DNA from: a virus
Lineage: Duplodnaviria; Caudoviricetes
DNA length: 64,000 nucleotides
Strand: one strand, 5' to 3'
IMG/VR virus record: IMGVR_UViG_3300028601_000022
Coordinates: 1-64,000 of that record
The first letter of the stretch is position 1; every line of letters starts with the position of its first letter. Positions 54,623 through 64,000 of this stretch are shown here, piece by piece. The notes under the pieces are model-generated. The model did not search any database, was not told where the DNA came from, and saw only the letters and a list, made by a program, of their open reading frames with translations. The translations under genes were made by a program, and so were the position numbers.

Positions 54623-57534
54623 TATACCATCTCCTCACCGCGTAAGGTAATCTTGAACTCGGACCGGAAGATGTAATACTCGTTCCAGGCGAGAGGAAGG
54701 ATTCTCTCTTGCGGATTAAAGGACAGCCAGTAAAGCTCGTTATCCCGTACCATCTTGTTCGCTTCCTGGGGCCACGCAGGTTCATTGTAAGCAATGTCTG
54801 TTACCTTGGCAACAAGGCTGCTGAACAGGATGTTTACTGGAGTAGCCATGGAGCCGAGGAAGTATGTGGTACCTGGAAGCCAACTTGCAGGAGTGCTGCT
54901 AACAGAGGAGCGGGAAACCATTGTCCAGGTAATGCTTCCTTCTGTAACAGTTTCCCCTTCGACAGTAGGCCACGAGGGCTCAACATTTCCGCTCACGCCA
55001 CGGTCAGGGAATGCAGTATAACCAGAGGTCTTCCCTTGAAGTGTTCCGGCAACAACCTTAGCGCGATAGAGAAGGTCAGTATATCCAGCCTCGTCAAGTC
55101 CAGCCCAGCCCTTCGTGTAGTCCGTAGCCCTAGCTGACGGTAGGCCGCTGAATCCAGGAGCAGGAGCACGGTTGCTAGGAATTACAACGTCCCCGTCTTT
55201 GCATAGCATGCCTGGCTGCCAGTTCTTGGTCTTGCTGTTCTCCAGACAATATACGCGGGCTACCCGCACATAGTCGAGGTTCTGCTCAAGGACGTTTTCA
55301 AAGTCAATAATGCGCAAGTCCAACGCAAGCACCTTCTGGTACCTGTTAAGTATGGCTTGCACATCAGCCCTCACCTGCGATTCATCAACCTTGCGAAGCA
55401 GGTCAAGATAGATGCCAAGACCAACATGAACAAGAACCGGGTCCTGTATTACGGGAGGCTGCACACCAAAAGGCCTGTAAGCCTCAAGGGTACGCTGTGC
55501 CGTATTCTTTTGATAGACTTCGGAAGTGAGAGTATCGTAGCACTCCCATTCAATTTCGCCGTCAAGGCAGGTGCTGCATATGGTAGTAGGCCAGTCAGGT
55601 TCAACTGCACCGGAGGTGCCAGCATTGCGAGCCTTATAGAAATAGCCTGTTTCAAGAACCGGCTGGACAAGGTCGCCTGCGTTGTATGCGGTATTTGTCT
55701 GGTAGTAGGAGGCAGTATAGCCCTCAAGATATATGGTTTCTGCACACACCCACTCCACCTCGTTATCCACAACCGTAGAGCCTATGAGTGCCGGCCAGTC
55801 AGGTTCAGAATCTACGCGGTCAACGCGGAACATTATACCGGGAAAGGATTCGCTGTCGCTGGGCAGGCAGTAATCTCCTACGTTGTAAACAAATTTTGAA
55901 CGCCATTTGACTGCACCAGCAACGGGGTTAAGTGCAAGGGTACGCCATATGACCTGCCCGTCCTCAGTGAGGGTATTCAGGGACTTTGACCATATAGGTT
56001 CCACATCCAGAGTTTTACCACTCTGGTTACTTGCGACGTAGCCTCCGCGCGTTGCCTTATAGATGAAGCCGTTCTGGTAGCTAGGGAGAATTTCATCACC
56101 CTCGCTAACCATGATGCTAGGGGCCCACGTTTTCTGCGTGTGGTCCTTTACGTAGGTTACGGCAACAACGGCTGGGCTAATGTCGTAGGAGTTTGTATCT
56201 GAAATGTTGGAGATAACCGAGCGCAGGAGTTTCCTGTAGTCCTCACGACCGCGAATAACATGCTGCGTTTCATGGTACAGTGGAGCGGTTTCCTGGATAC
56301 GCGATATTGATTCAGGCTCCTGATACTTGCTCTGTATTGTGATGGCACTTGCAACGCCGCAGTCAAAAGCGAGCTTGTCAGAGTCAAAGGTAATCTCTTC
56401 CGTTTCCACATACAGGAGTTTGAGGATGTCACCGGTATCGTAGTTGTACTTCGATTCGGTATAGGTATCCACGCAGCCCCAGGTAATCTTTCCTTCTGTA
56501 ATGGTAGCACCAATCACGTTAGGCCAGTTGGGCTCGGAATTGCCGCTTACAGCCATTCCCTGGGTTAGGCTCTTAAAGTAACGGGGAGTTTCCTTCTTTC
56601 CCGTGTTCTTCCAGGTATTGTTTCCTGCATCAACGGACTGACCCTGTACTGTAGGCCAAGTAGGCTCAATAGAACCTGAAATGCCGGCTTTTGTGCAAGT
56701 GTAGAAGACCGGAAGATTGCTGCTATCTGACAGGCTTGTGACCACATCGCCTACGTTGTACTGGTGGTTTACACGCCAGGTATAGTTAGGCTTGATGTAG
56801 TCATAGAAGGTATAGCGCGACATGGGAGACCAAGCAGCCGGAGGATAGCGGTTGGTGTAAAGAACGTCAATGCCACCAACGCTGTTGCTGAGGACTGCAA
56901 AACTATCCTTCAGTACATCCAATATAGAACGGCTATATGGAACTTCGCTGCCATTAAGCTGGAGCAGAATATCTTCTGATACCTTGTCAGAGTAGAAACG
57001 GAACCAATGGGTTTTTGCAGAGGGAATGGAGATGGATTCTTCCATCAACTTGCCCACAGAAACAAGCAATTCAGCTTTCTGGCCGTAGGTAAATACCTTG
57101 TCCTCCAGAGAAACCAGGTCGAGAGTAGACATGCTGCCTACAATGTCGAACTTCTTTACAGTTCGGGTAGCGTCCGGGACGAAGGTAATAAGAAGATGAA
57201 GGTTCTGGCCGCGAAATACAGGATAACCAAGAGTAGAGGCAACGGAAAGAGCGGAGCTCCTCTGCTTCGCCTCAAAAAGAAAGGCCTCTCGCCTGGCTGT
57301 GATTGCATTGTAGGCATTGTATTCGGAATGGCCAGCCATAAGCTGCATAATCGTGGTGCCAACCGAACCAGCCCAGAAGTCCTTCCAGCTGCTTTCAGGG
57401 TCTTTGCTGAGGACAAACTCCTGGGCAATCTTGTATATGTTGAGGTATGAGGTCTGCTGCCTGTCAAGAAGGAACAGGGTATCCACAGACCCAGAGGTAG
57501 TTCTCTTGTTAGGATTTGTCGTGCTGATATCCAT
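54622..57534 (-). CDS. Baseplate wedge protein (T4 gp6 / J-like) with seven EPxW CBM-like repeats
   Basis: WKDF..GS.G, RREAFL..A..RSS...A..LGY, PESI..I...AP, EDY. Confidence 0.85.
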   Translation of the reverse strand: MDISTTNPNKRTTSGSVDTLFLLDRQQTSYLNIYKIAQEFVLSKDPESSWKDFWAGSVGTTIMQLMAGHSEYNAYNAITARREAFLFEAKQRSSALSVASTLGYPVFRGQNLHLLITFVPDATRTVKKFDIVGSMSTLDLVSLEDKVFTYGQKAELLVSVGKLMEESISIPSAKTHWFRFYSDKVSEDILLQLNGSEVPYSRSILDVLKDSFAVLSNSVGGIDVLYTNRYPPAAWSPMSRYTFYDYIKPNYTWRVNHQYNVGDVVTSLSDSSNLPVFYTCTKAGISGSIEPTWPTVQGQSVDAGNNTWKNTGKKETPRYFKSLTQGMAVSGNSEPNWPNVIGATITEGKITWGCVDTYTESKYNYDTGDILKLLYVETEEITFDSDKLAFDCGVASAITIQSKYQEPESISRIQETAPLYHETQHVIRGREDYRKLLRSVISNISDTNSYDISPAVVAVTYVKDHTQKTWAPSIMVSEGDEILPSYQNGFIYKATRGGYVASNQSGKTLDVEPIWSKSLNTLTEDGQVIWRTLALNPVAGAVKWRSKFVYNVGDYCLPSDSESFPGIMFRVDRVDSEPDWPALIGSTVVDNEVEWVCAETIYLEGYTASYYQTNTAYNAGDLVQPVLETGYFYKARNAGTSGAVEPDWPTTICSTCLDGEIEWECYDTLTSEVYQKNTAQRTLEAYRPFGVQPPVIQDPVLVHVGLGIYLDLLRKVDESQVRADVQAILNRYQKVLALDLRIIDFENVLEQNLDYVRVARVYCLENSKTKNWQPGMLCKDGDVVIPSNRAPAPGFSGLPSARATDYTKGWAGLDEAGYTDLLYRAKVVAGTLQGKTSGYTAFPDRGVSGNVEPSWPTVEGETVTEGSITWTMVSRSSVSSTPASWLPGTTYFLGSMATPVNILFSSLVAKVTDIAYNEPAWPQEANKMVRDNELYWLSFNPQERILPLAWNEYYIFRSEFKITLRGEEMV

Positions 57535-57545
57535 ATACCCTTTCC

Positions 57546-57962
57546 TTATGAACCCGCCAGGTCCTTAGTGAATTGCTTTTTGTATATACCGGAGATAATC
57601 AACGAAGTATCATCCAGACCAACCAAATCGAACACTAGGTGCATATCATATGCGTTGTCGTCAGGGAGGGGTGTAATAACGGTTTCGGTAAGATTGGTAG
57701 TCACCCTGGGCTCCCAAGCCATAACGGCATTGATAATGCCGAACCGTATTTCATATGCCGTAGTGTCGTCTACCTGCTCGAAAAGGTTGTCAGGAAGATT
57801 TACACCGTAGGTAACCTCGTTTAGACGCTCGCCAACAACTGTGGTGAGAAGGTTGTGCAGAGAATAAAACACTGCATCCCTGTTTGTCGTAAGGGGAGGT
57901 GTGCCCGGTGTGATTTTTGCGGAGTTCACGTCCGTATAGACGCATTTCTCAATAGCTAGCAC
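57546..57962 (-). CDS. Baseplate gp25-like sheath initiator
   Basis: LLTT..GER...YG..L...LFE, WEPRV. Confidence 0.9.
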   Translation of the reverse strand: MLAIEKCVYTDVNSAKITPGTPPLTTNRDAVFYSLHNLLTTVVGERLNEVTYGVNLPDNLFEQVDDTTAYEIRFGIINAVMAWEPRVTTNLTETVITPLPDDNAYDMHLVFDLVGLDDTSLIISGIYKKQFTKDLAGS

Positions 57963-58029
57963 GTTACCCTCCAGTTACGTGGGCCCTGTAGAATAGGGCC
58001 CGTATCTGCATTAAAATTTCTTGTGTTAT

Positions 58030-58311
58030 CTAAGGGGAAAAGACGTTCGGTGAACCCTGGCATACAGAATCACCACAGCTAAGTGGGTGACCTATGCGCT
58101 GAACCGCACTACCATTTGCATACACGTTAGACTCACCTACGTAAGTAGCGCCGTGACAAGGAGGCGGGCAGCAATGAGGAACGCGAGTATCACCGTTACG
58201 AACTACAGGTTTTCCATTAATGAATACGTTAGGGCTCCAGGATGAAGGAACCTCAGGAGGCCAGCAACCATGACCACACGTAAAGTCTCCCTGTCTGTGT
58301 ACGGCCGGCAT
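58030..58311 (-). CDS. PAAR spike-tip protein (gp5.4-like)
   Basis: MPAVHRQGD..GHG..PP, SPNVFING.P..R.GD, H, CG....GSPNV. Confidence 0.92.
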   Translation of the reverse strand: MPAVHRQGDFTCGHGCWPPEVPSSWSPNVFINGKPVVRNGDTRVPHCCPPPCHGATYVGESNVYANGSAVQRIGHPLSCGDSVCQGSPNVFSP

Positions 58312-58320
58312 ATGCACTCC

Positions 58321-58536
58321 TTATTCGAAGCCTGGTGAGCTATGTCGGGCTGACCGAGACCCTCCAAGTTCAATCATGCTTGTGTCATGACGGTGGTGAG
58401 GAACAAAGCCTTGCAGCTTCATCCAGCACTCTTCGCATCTGTAATCTGTAATCATTTTATTGCAACCTGGGGTATGGCATTTACGCAGGTTCCGTTTCGT
58501 TTCTTCCTTTATTCTGCGGACTCTAGGGGTTCCCAT
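58321..58536 (-). CDS. Small Cys-rich hypothetical protein
   Basis: GAGG RBS; CHTPGC...CEEC. Confidence 0.5.
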   Translation of the reverse strand: MGTPRVRRIKEETKRNLRKCHTPGCNKMITDYRCEECWMKLQGFVPHHRHDTSMIELGGSRSARHSSPGFE

Positions 58537-58680
58537 CTTAACGCCTCGATTCCTAAAGGTTTAACTCACCTCTTTGCAGAGTTCCCTAACCGACAATAAC
58601 ACTACTTTTATCGAATAGCAATACAATCAGCGGAGCAGCGTGTCCTGGAAAACCAGAACACGCTGTCCGCAGGTAGCCAC

Positions 58681-59289
58681 CTAAGAGGTGAAGCCGTCAG
58701 CGTAAACCGAGGGGAAGACCAGGTCTGCCGAAATCGCCTCTTCCGTGAAGTAGTCAAAGGCGAAGCTGATAGCAGGCTGCATCGGGTCTGCGGTAGAGCC
58801 GTCGAAGTCACCACGCTGGTAGCCTTCCACATACACACCGATAAGGGTGTATTTGTAGATGGGTTCATCCAGGTTGTTAAGCTGGTAAAGTTCAATGATG
58901 CCTTCAAGGTCGGCCTTGAACTGCGTGATACCAGAACTGTTGCCTGTGGGAACTTCGCGGTTGGTATCCCAATACAGGTTGTGCCAATCATGCAGCATCT
59001 TCTGCACGAAGGTATCGTTGGTTTCCATCAGGGTGCAGCTCCACGGGCTGGTGTATTCAGCAGTACCCGGCTGGCGCACTTTGTTGCCGCGAATCTGTAT
59101 TTCAGCCGAAGTACCGGTCTTTTCAGGCACCGAGGCCGAAAGGGCGCGGATGTTGAAGTCCTGACTGGCATTTGCCCACTGCGACATTTTGTTGGGCCAC
59201 TGGGTTACCTTAATACCCCAGCGAAACATCTGGCTGAAATTACCAAGTTTTCGCAGGTTATTGGTAGAGGGCCGAAGGGAGTTCGCCAT
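58681..59289 (-). CDS. Tail tube protein (T4 gp19-like)
   Basis: SVP, IRG..V..PG..EY..W, ET.D, YQL, F.FDYF. Confidence 0.85.
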   Translation of the reverse strand: MANSLRPSTNNLRKLGNFSQMFRWGIKVTQWPNKMSQWANASQDFNIRALSASVPEKTGTSAEIQIRGNKVRQPGTAEYTSPWSCTLMETNDTFVQKMLHDWHNLYWDTNREVPTGNSSGITQFKADLEGIIELYQLNNLDEPIYKYTLIGVYVEGYQRGDFDGSTADPMQPAISFAFDYFTEEAISADLVFPSVYADGFTS

Positions 59290-59367
59290 AACATCTCCTG
59301 TTCGTTTAATTGTATGATATTGGCATAACCAAGCATTTACAGTACCTGGGTTAAAAGGGGATACTCG

Positions 59368-61311
59368 ATGAACAAAGCTTCAAAAACCGTCTTTGAAAAG
59401 CACGTGGCTTCTGCTTATACAGGATACGATTGGTCTTCCTTAGAACTTGACAAAAGTGGTAAACTATCCCCTCATGGTAAGAAAACCAACCTTAAATGCT
59501 ATGAGTCCTTTTCTGCGCAGTACCCCTCGGTATGCCCTACCTTTGAATATTTCAAGCTCCTGTCCAGGTTCTTCCTGTCATATCACTTAAATACAACCAG
59601 GGTTATAAGCAGCTATGTTTGCCCGGTTTGCCGAAGCGCCCCTAAGAAAGGAATATGCAATAGCGGCAAGAACGGTAAGTACAAAGGTGAAACCTGCGGT
59701 AGCCTAGAGTGCCAGACCGAACTTAGAAAAAGAACTAACATGGAGAAGGGAGGCAATACCTGCGCTCTCCATCGTTCTGATGTAAAGTCTAAGGTAGAAG
59801 CATCCTTTCAGCGGAACTGGGGAGTTAATAACGCAGGTCAGTCCGAAAAGATACGGAACAAGTGGAAACAGACAAACAGGGAAAAGACAGGATATGACTT
59901 CCAGTTTCAGAATCCGTCTATTCGGAAAAAGATAAAGGAAACCTGCATAGAGAAGTACGGAGCTCCTAACGTAATGTGCGCAGAGTCCTCTATGCGGAAA
60001 GAAATAGACAAGAAGCTCAATTCAGAGGCTACCGTTCGGAAAAGACGGGAAACCATGAAAACCCGCGGTGTAATAGGATGTAAATCCTCTTCAGAAGATA
60101 ACCTATACCGGACGTTACTAGAATACTTCCCTGAGGTAGAGCGCCAGTACGGGGACGACAGGTACAACTTTAAATGCGACTTCTATGTACCTATAAATGA
60201 CCTGTTTATTGAATACCAAGGATACTTTTGCCATGGTGGTAGGCCGTATAATACAAAAGACCCAGTTTGCCGGTCTTTGGTGAAGAAATGGGAGCATAGG
60301 GCGTCTTTAAAGTATAAGAAAGGAAAACACGCGCCCTTTTACTCAAACGCCATCAAAATCTATACAGAATTGGATGTGCGGAAAAGAAACACCGCAAGAA
60401 ACAATTCCTTAAATTGGAAGGAATTTTTCTCTGAACCAGAAGTTCTTGCTTGGCTAAGTAGCCTGTACCCTAACACCTACTATGACAAACTAAAGGTTAT
60501 ATTCAAGGTCTCCGCACTAAGACGGGAATATGAACTAATACACGCCTCAATACCAGGCTATGATAAGGTTCCAAGGCATAATAAGCTAGTCTTACAGTTT
60601 CAAAGTAGGTTATTCTTTAAGCAGGAACTGAAAATGTGGAAAGACCAGAGAGTAAGGGAGAAGCTTGTAGCCAACAGGCTTAAGTACATAGGGAAAGGCT
60701 GGGGAGAGCTGACGGCATGGGAGATTTTAAGGGGATTCAAAATAAGCGGCATGGTGAAAGCACCATTTTCCCACTTTAGCCAGCACTGGATGAGAAAATT
60801 TATAGAGGACTACAAGGTTACCAGCATATATGACCCGTGCGGTGGGTGGGGGCACCGGCTTACTGCGTGCACGAGGGAATTCCCGTATATCTATAATGAT
60901 ATAAGAAGTAAGGTTACCGCGAACTGCAAAGAGCTAGCCGAGTTTCTAGGGATGGAAAATAAAGTCTTCTATAACGAGGACGCAGCCAGCCTATCCCCTA
61001 AGGAAAACTATGATGCAGTCTTTACCTGCCCGCCTTATTGGAACACGGAAGTATATTCTACGAAGGGGGCCGAAAACCTGCCCAGGGAGGGGTTCTTTAA
61101 ATGGTGGGGTAAGGTAATAAAAGCTGCATGCAAAAAGAAGCCCAGGTTGTTTGCTTTCGTTATTTCAGGGTATTTAAAGAAAGAAATGGTTGAGGTATGC
61201 AAAAACAAAGGTCTTAATTTTGAAGCCTCTTATGAGTTAGGGAGAAGTAAAAGCCACTTCAATAAGGGGCCTATTAGCTCAAAAGAGTACCTAGTGATAT
61301 TTACAACATAG
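59368..61311 (+). CDS. Endonuclease-methyltransferase fusion (Zn finger, KYG-type repeats, PD-(D/E)XK Vsr-like nuclease, amino-MTase)
   Basis: CPVC..TCGSLEC; EKYGAPN; SSSE..LY...ERQY...CDFY...FIEYQG.F.H; IYDPCGGWG; FTCPPYW. Confidence 0.8.
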   Translation: MNKASKTVFEKHVASAYTGYDWSSLELDKSGKLSPHGKKTNLKCYESFSAQYPSVCPTFEYFKLLSRFFLSYHLNTTRVISSYVCPVCRSAPKKGICNSGKNGKYKGETCGSLECQTELRKRTNMEKGGNTCALHRSDVKSKVEASFQRNWGVNNAGQSEKIRNKWKQTNREKTGYDFQFQNPSIRKKIKETCIEKYGAPNVMCAESSMRKEIDKKLNSEATVRKRRETMKTRGVIGCKSSSEDNLYRTLLEYFPEVERQYGDDRYNFKCDFYVPINDLFIEYQGYFCHGGRPYNTKDPVCRSLVKKWEHRASLKYKKGKHAPFYSNAIKIYTELDVRKRNTARNNSLNWKEFFSEPEVLAWLSSLYPNTYYDKLKVIFKVSALRREYELIHASIPGYDKVPRHNKLVLQFQSRLFFKQELKMWKDQRVREKLVANRLKYIGKGWGELTAWEILRGFKISGMVKAPFSHFSQHWMRKFIEDYKVTSIYDPCGGWGHRLTACTREFPYIYNDIRSKVTANCKELAEFLGMENKVFYNEDAASLSPKENYDAVFTCPPYWNTEVYSTKGAENLPREGFFKWWGKVIKAACKKKPRLFAFVISGYLKKEMVEVCKNKGLNFEASYELGRSKSHFNKGPISSKEYLVIFTT

Positions 61312-61400
61312 GAGAAAAGAATGCACCAGGGCACAAGATACTTAACGGCGGAAGCCTAAGACGGTTGCAATCACCGGCTCTACCAAGTTCAGGACGCTAG

Positions 61401-61506
61401 ACGTGTATATTGACACGCATTGCTGAAAATAGCCCAAAAAGAGGCTCCTATGATACCCCAGGATACACCACAGGGTACTCATAGGAGCTTCCTTTTCCTC
61501 ATTTCC
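61401..61506 (-). repeat. Structured dispersed element, copy B
   Basis: Reverse complement aligns end to end with copy C and with the flanks of copy A. Confidence 0.85.
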
Positions 61507-61535
61507 TGATGCAACGCAGGAATGTGGTTGCTCGG

Positions 61536-62132
61536 TTATTTGCGTTTGGCAGCACCGGGCATGTATTTGTGAACGTCCTTCATTTGGCGTTGAACGTCGC
61601 CTTCGGTCACCTTGAAGCCTTCAACGGCATCGTCAAGAATGACCGTGTTGGACGCAGTAATACTTGCAGCTTCGGTAATGGGTTCGCCCATTACACCAAG
61701 GGCAGCGCAAGCCGCAGTGATGGCTGCTTCTTCCAGTTCGTAGCCTGCGTAGCTGTGGTTGCAGCCAGGGCACACCGGGTCACCGATGCAGGCCGTAAGC
61801 TTGCACTTAGGGCACACTTTCAGGATATGCTCATTGGCCGCGGCCAACACGGTAAGCTTGCCTCCGGAGAAGTCAAACGTAAACGTGCTGTTTACAGAAG
61901 CGGCGCCAGTGAGACCGTGCGCACCAATAAGGGGACGATAGGGGCGCCCGTAGTTGTCGGCCACGCGATTGTAGTTAAGGATGATGGATACCATGTTGCG
62001 CAGGGTAGAAGCGTTGGCTTCTGCCAGGAAAGGGCATTCTTCAAGCAGGTTTTCCACGACAGCCGCTTCCAGGGCTTCCCGAGTATCAAACACTTTCTTG
62101 CTGAGGGATTCAGCAATTGATATGATGGGCAT
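61536..62132 (-). CDS. Zn-ribbon head-module protein
   Basis: AAGGAG RBS; CPKC..CPGC; AITA|A, SITA|S. Confidence 0.7.
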   Translation of the reverse strand: MPIISIAESLSKKVFDTREALEAAVVENLLEECPFLAEANASTLRNMVSIILNYNRVADNYGRPYRPLIGAHGLTGAASVNSTFTFDFSGGKLTVLAAANEHILKVCPKCKLTACIGDPVCPGCNHSYAGYELEEAAITAACAALGVMGEPITEAASITASNTVILDDAVEGFKVTEGDVQRQMKDVHKYMPGAAKRK

Positions 62133-62135
62133 GGT

Positions 62136-63893
62136 CTATCTCCTTTTGGTGACGGACTTCAAATAGTTCATAATGTAGTTCAACTGGCTGGGTTTAAGTT
62201 CCACGCTCTTTCCAAGAACAGCCGAAGCAAGGGCATTTACTGACGCTGTACCCTTTAACGAGATAGGCTCTACCTCGGCATTAACCTTATCCGAGGAGTT
62301 CAGTTGGAACGGGTCATCACCCTCACCCTCCTCGTCTGCCGGCATCAGCTTCTTCACCTTTTTCAGGTAGTCCGCCATCTTTTCACGAACCTTAAGGTCA
62401 TCCTCGTAGGAGGACACGATGGTGTCAATGTCCGCGCCGGCTGCCGTTGCAAGCATTGCGGCCGGAAGAGGAATGCCTGAGTCTTTCAGTTCCTTCATAA
62501 GAGAAAGCTCGGAAGAACTACCAGTAGGGGTAAGGTCCTTGGTCCACTTCAAATCGGGTATGACGTAAGTGGAAATTTCAGCCATATTGCGCGAGCCTGT
62601 AAGTTGGGCGAACTTATACAGGAACGCATTGCGCTTAGCCTTATTGGACTTAACGTCATACTGAATCTTATGGTCTCTTTCAGCCTGGGTACGCTCCCTG
62701 AAATTGTGGTACTTTGCAAGGGAGAGGAAAATCTTGTCACGAATGATGGCGCGTGTAAGTTCCTGCCGTTGGTCACGGAGGTTTTCCAACATAAGGCCGA
62801 TAGTATTTTCCTGGTTAGAGTACGTTGCATCACCAGACAGGAAACTGTCGGATACGCCGAGAGCACGCAACTTGGCTTGCGTAAAGCCGTCGGATTCAGA
62901 AGAATGGCTCCACAAGTCTGTAGGGCTCTTTACTTCCGACACCGTAACGTCAGGTCGTGTAACAACTGCTGCACCAAGGGGGTCACGGTCAGCGTTTGCA
63001 AAGAGTTCCGCAACGGATTGATACTGCGACAGGTCATAGTCTACATCATCCGAACCCATCGTAATGTGCAGAATACTTTTCTGCCTGCGGGTGGATGCAA
63101 GAATAGTACCGCGAAGGAGGCACTTTTCAAGCAGCCAGATAGGAAGGATACGGGAGAATACGCTAACGCCCTCAGAGCCGGGCAAATGGGTTCGTGTAAC
63201 GTAGATTGTTTTCAGCGGCTCCAACTCAATTTTACCGGATCCAAGCATAAGCTTAATGTCTTCAGGAGGCAACTCCTTTCGGGCCTCTATATCGCGCGTG
63301 TCCGTGGAGTTCAACCACTTCTTGAACTCCTTGCTCAACTTGATATTGATTTTAGGGTCGTACCCAATGAATGGGATAGGGATAATTTCCGCTTCCGACG
63401 CATTGTAAAGAATGCAGTCTGTGAAGATGCCCCGGCTCTTATCAAACACAAGCGAGCCGACACCGCGCCCCAGTACCATGTTAGAGGTCAGGAACAGCTT
63501 CATGAGCCTTTGGATGGAAAGCTCCTCAAGAGAGGACTCATACAGGGCCTTAATCTTTGGGTCAGACACCCCGAGGATGGAATAGTCGCTCCAAGGGAGC
63601 ATGGACATCATGTCCACTACCGGCCCTGAAACAGCGTCCATAAGGTATATCTCTCGATAGGTATTGTCGAGAGTTATTGTATCGTTGGTGTTGAGGATAT
63701 CCTGCAACAACGGAAAAGAAAGGTCAATACCACCAAGGTATGTACCGCCTGAACCAAAGTTGCCGCCGGCCCCTGAAGCAGAACCAGGGCCCATGCCGCC
63801 ACCGGTCCCCTGGGATGCAGCACCCGTAAGGGTAGCCCTTGGTCTTGTTCCGCTAGCAGAGCCGGTTACTGCGACTGTATTATAATCAAACAT
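62136..63893 (-). CDS. Portal protein
   Basis: 585 aa; YREIY..D...G.VVD, G.S...RIL, LRALGV..SFLSG.ATYS; helical portal-like architecture. Confidence 0.75.
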   Translation of the reverse strand: MFDYNTVAVTGSASGTRPRATLTGAASQGTGGGMGPGSASGAGGNFGSGGTYLGGIDLSFPLLQDILNTNDTITLDNTYREIYLMDAVSGPVVDMMSMLPWSDYSILGVSDPKIKALYESSLEELSIQRLMKLFLTSNMVLGRGVGSLVFDKSRGIFTDCILYNASEAEIIPIPFIGYDPKINIKLSKEFKKWLNSTDTRDIEARKELPPEDIKLMLGSGKIELEPLKTIYVTRTHLPGSEGVSVFSRILPIWLLEKCLLRGTILASTRRQKSILHITMGSDDVDYDLSQYQSVAELFANADRDPLGAAVVTRPDVTVSEVKSPTDLWSHSSESDGFTQAKLRALGVSDSFLSGDATYSNQENTIGLMLENLRDQRQELTRAIIRDKIFLSLAKYHNFRERTQAERDHKIQYDVKSNKAKRNAFLYKFAQLTGSRNMAEISTYVIPDLKWTKDLTPTGSSSELSLMKELKDSGIPLPAAMLATAAGADIDTIVSSYEDDLKVREKMADYLKKVKKLMPADEEGEGDDPFQLNSSDKVNAEVEPISLKGTASVNALASAVLGKSVELKPSQLNYIMNYLKSVTKRR

Positions 63894-64000
63894 TGGCTAC
63901 TCCGTACTAGAGTGGTGTCTCAAGGTTCGTATCCAGGCGGCGTATAGGTACCACCTGTCACCTGTAAGGGGTGAATCTTATAGCTTGGGCTTTCTTTGAT

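Noticed and set aside
61410-61415. TTGACA in element copies B and C as a sigma70 -35 box
   Set aside because: No -10 hexamer at 16-18 bp spacing.
1-64000. Stop-codon reassignment or a CAS/T6SS bacterial locus
   Set aside because: Genes read fully in code 11 with all three stops; capsid, portal and prohead protease show it is a phage.

Overview
64 kb of a large contractile-tailed dsDNA phage (myovirus-like; standard genetic code; no host genes, tRNA, rRNA or CRISPR seen). Layout: (1) ~0.3-5.6 kb early region with a frameshifted HindIII-type methyltransferase, four consensus sigma70 promoters, structured leaders and highly charged disordered proteins. (2) 5.6-15.3 kb nucleic-acid metabolism block: degenerate ligase, NYN nuclease, QueE, QueD, lytic transglycosylase, DHH phosphoesterase, radical SAM. 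(3) 15.5-35.7 kb minus-strand sheath and head module: sheath, major capsid, scaffold-like protein, prohead protease, many small putative internal proteins, SNF2 helicase. (4) 35.9-49.2 kb plus-strand tail fibres, paired adhesin-like paralogs, HNH and topoisomerase IB. (5) 49.5-63.9 kb minus-strand baseplate, PAAR, tube and portal, interrupted by an endonuclease-methyltransferase fusion. Most notable observations: a three-copy ~100-bp structured non-coding element with compensatory stem changes and a flipped core in one copy; a shared N-terminal leader and assemblin-like (V/L/I-x-A|S) cleavage motif marking probable capsid cargo, possibly including SNF2 and TopoIB; and near-total GATC avoidance, with every surviving site in GGATC context. 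All calls come from reading motifs by eye; no searches were run.
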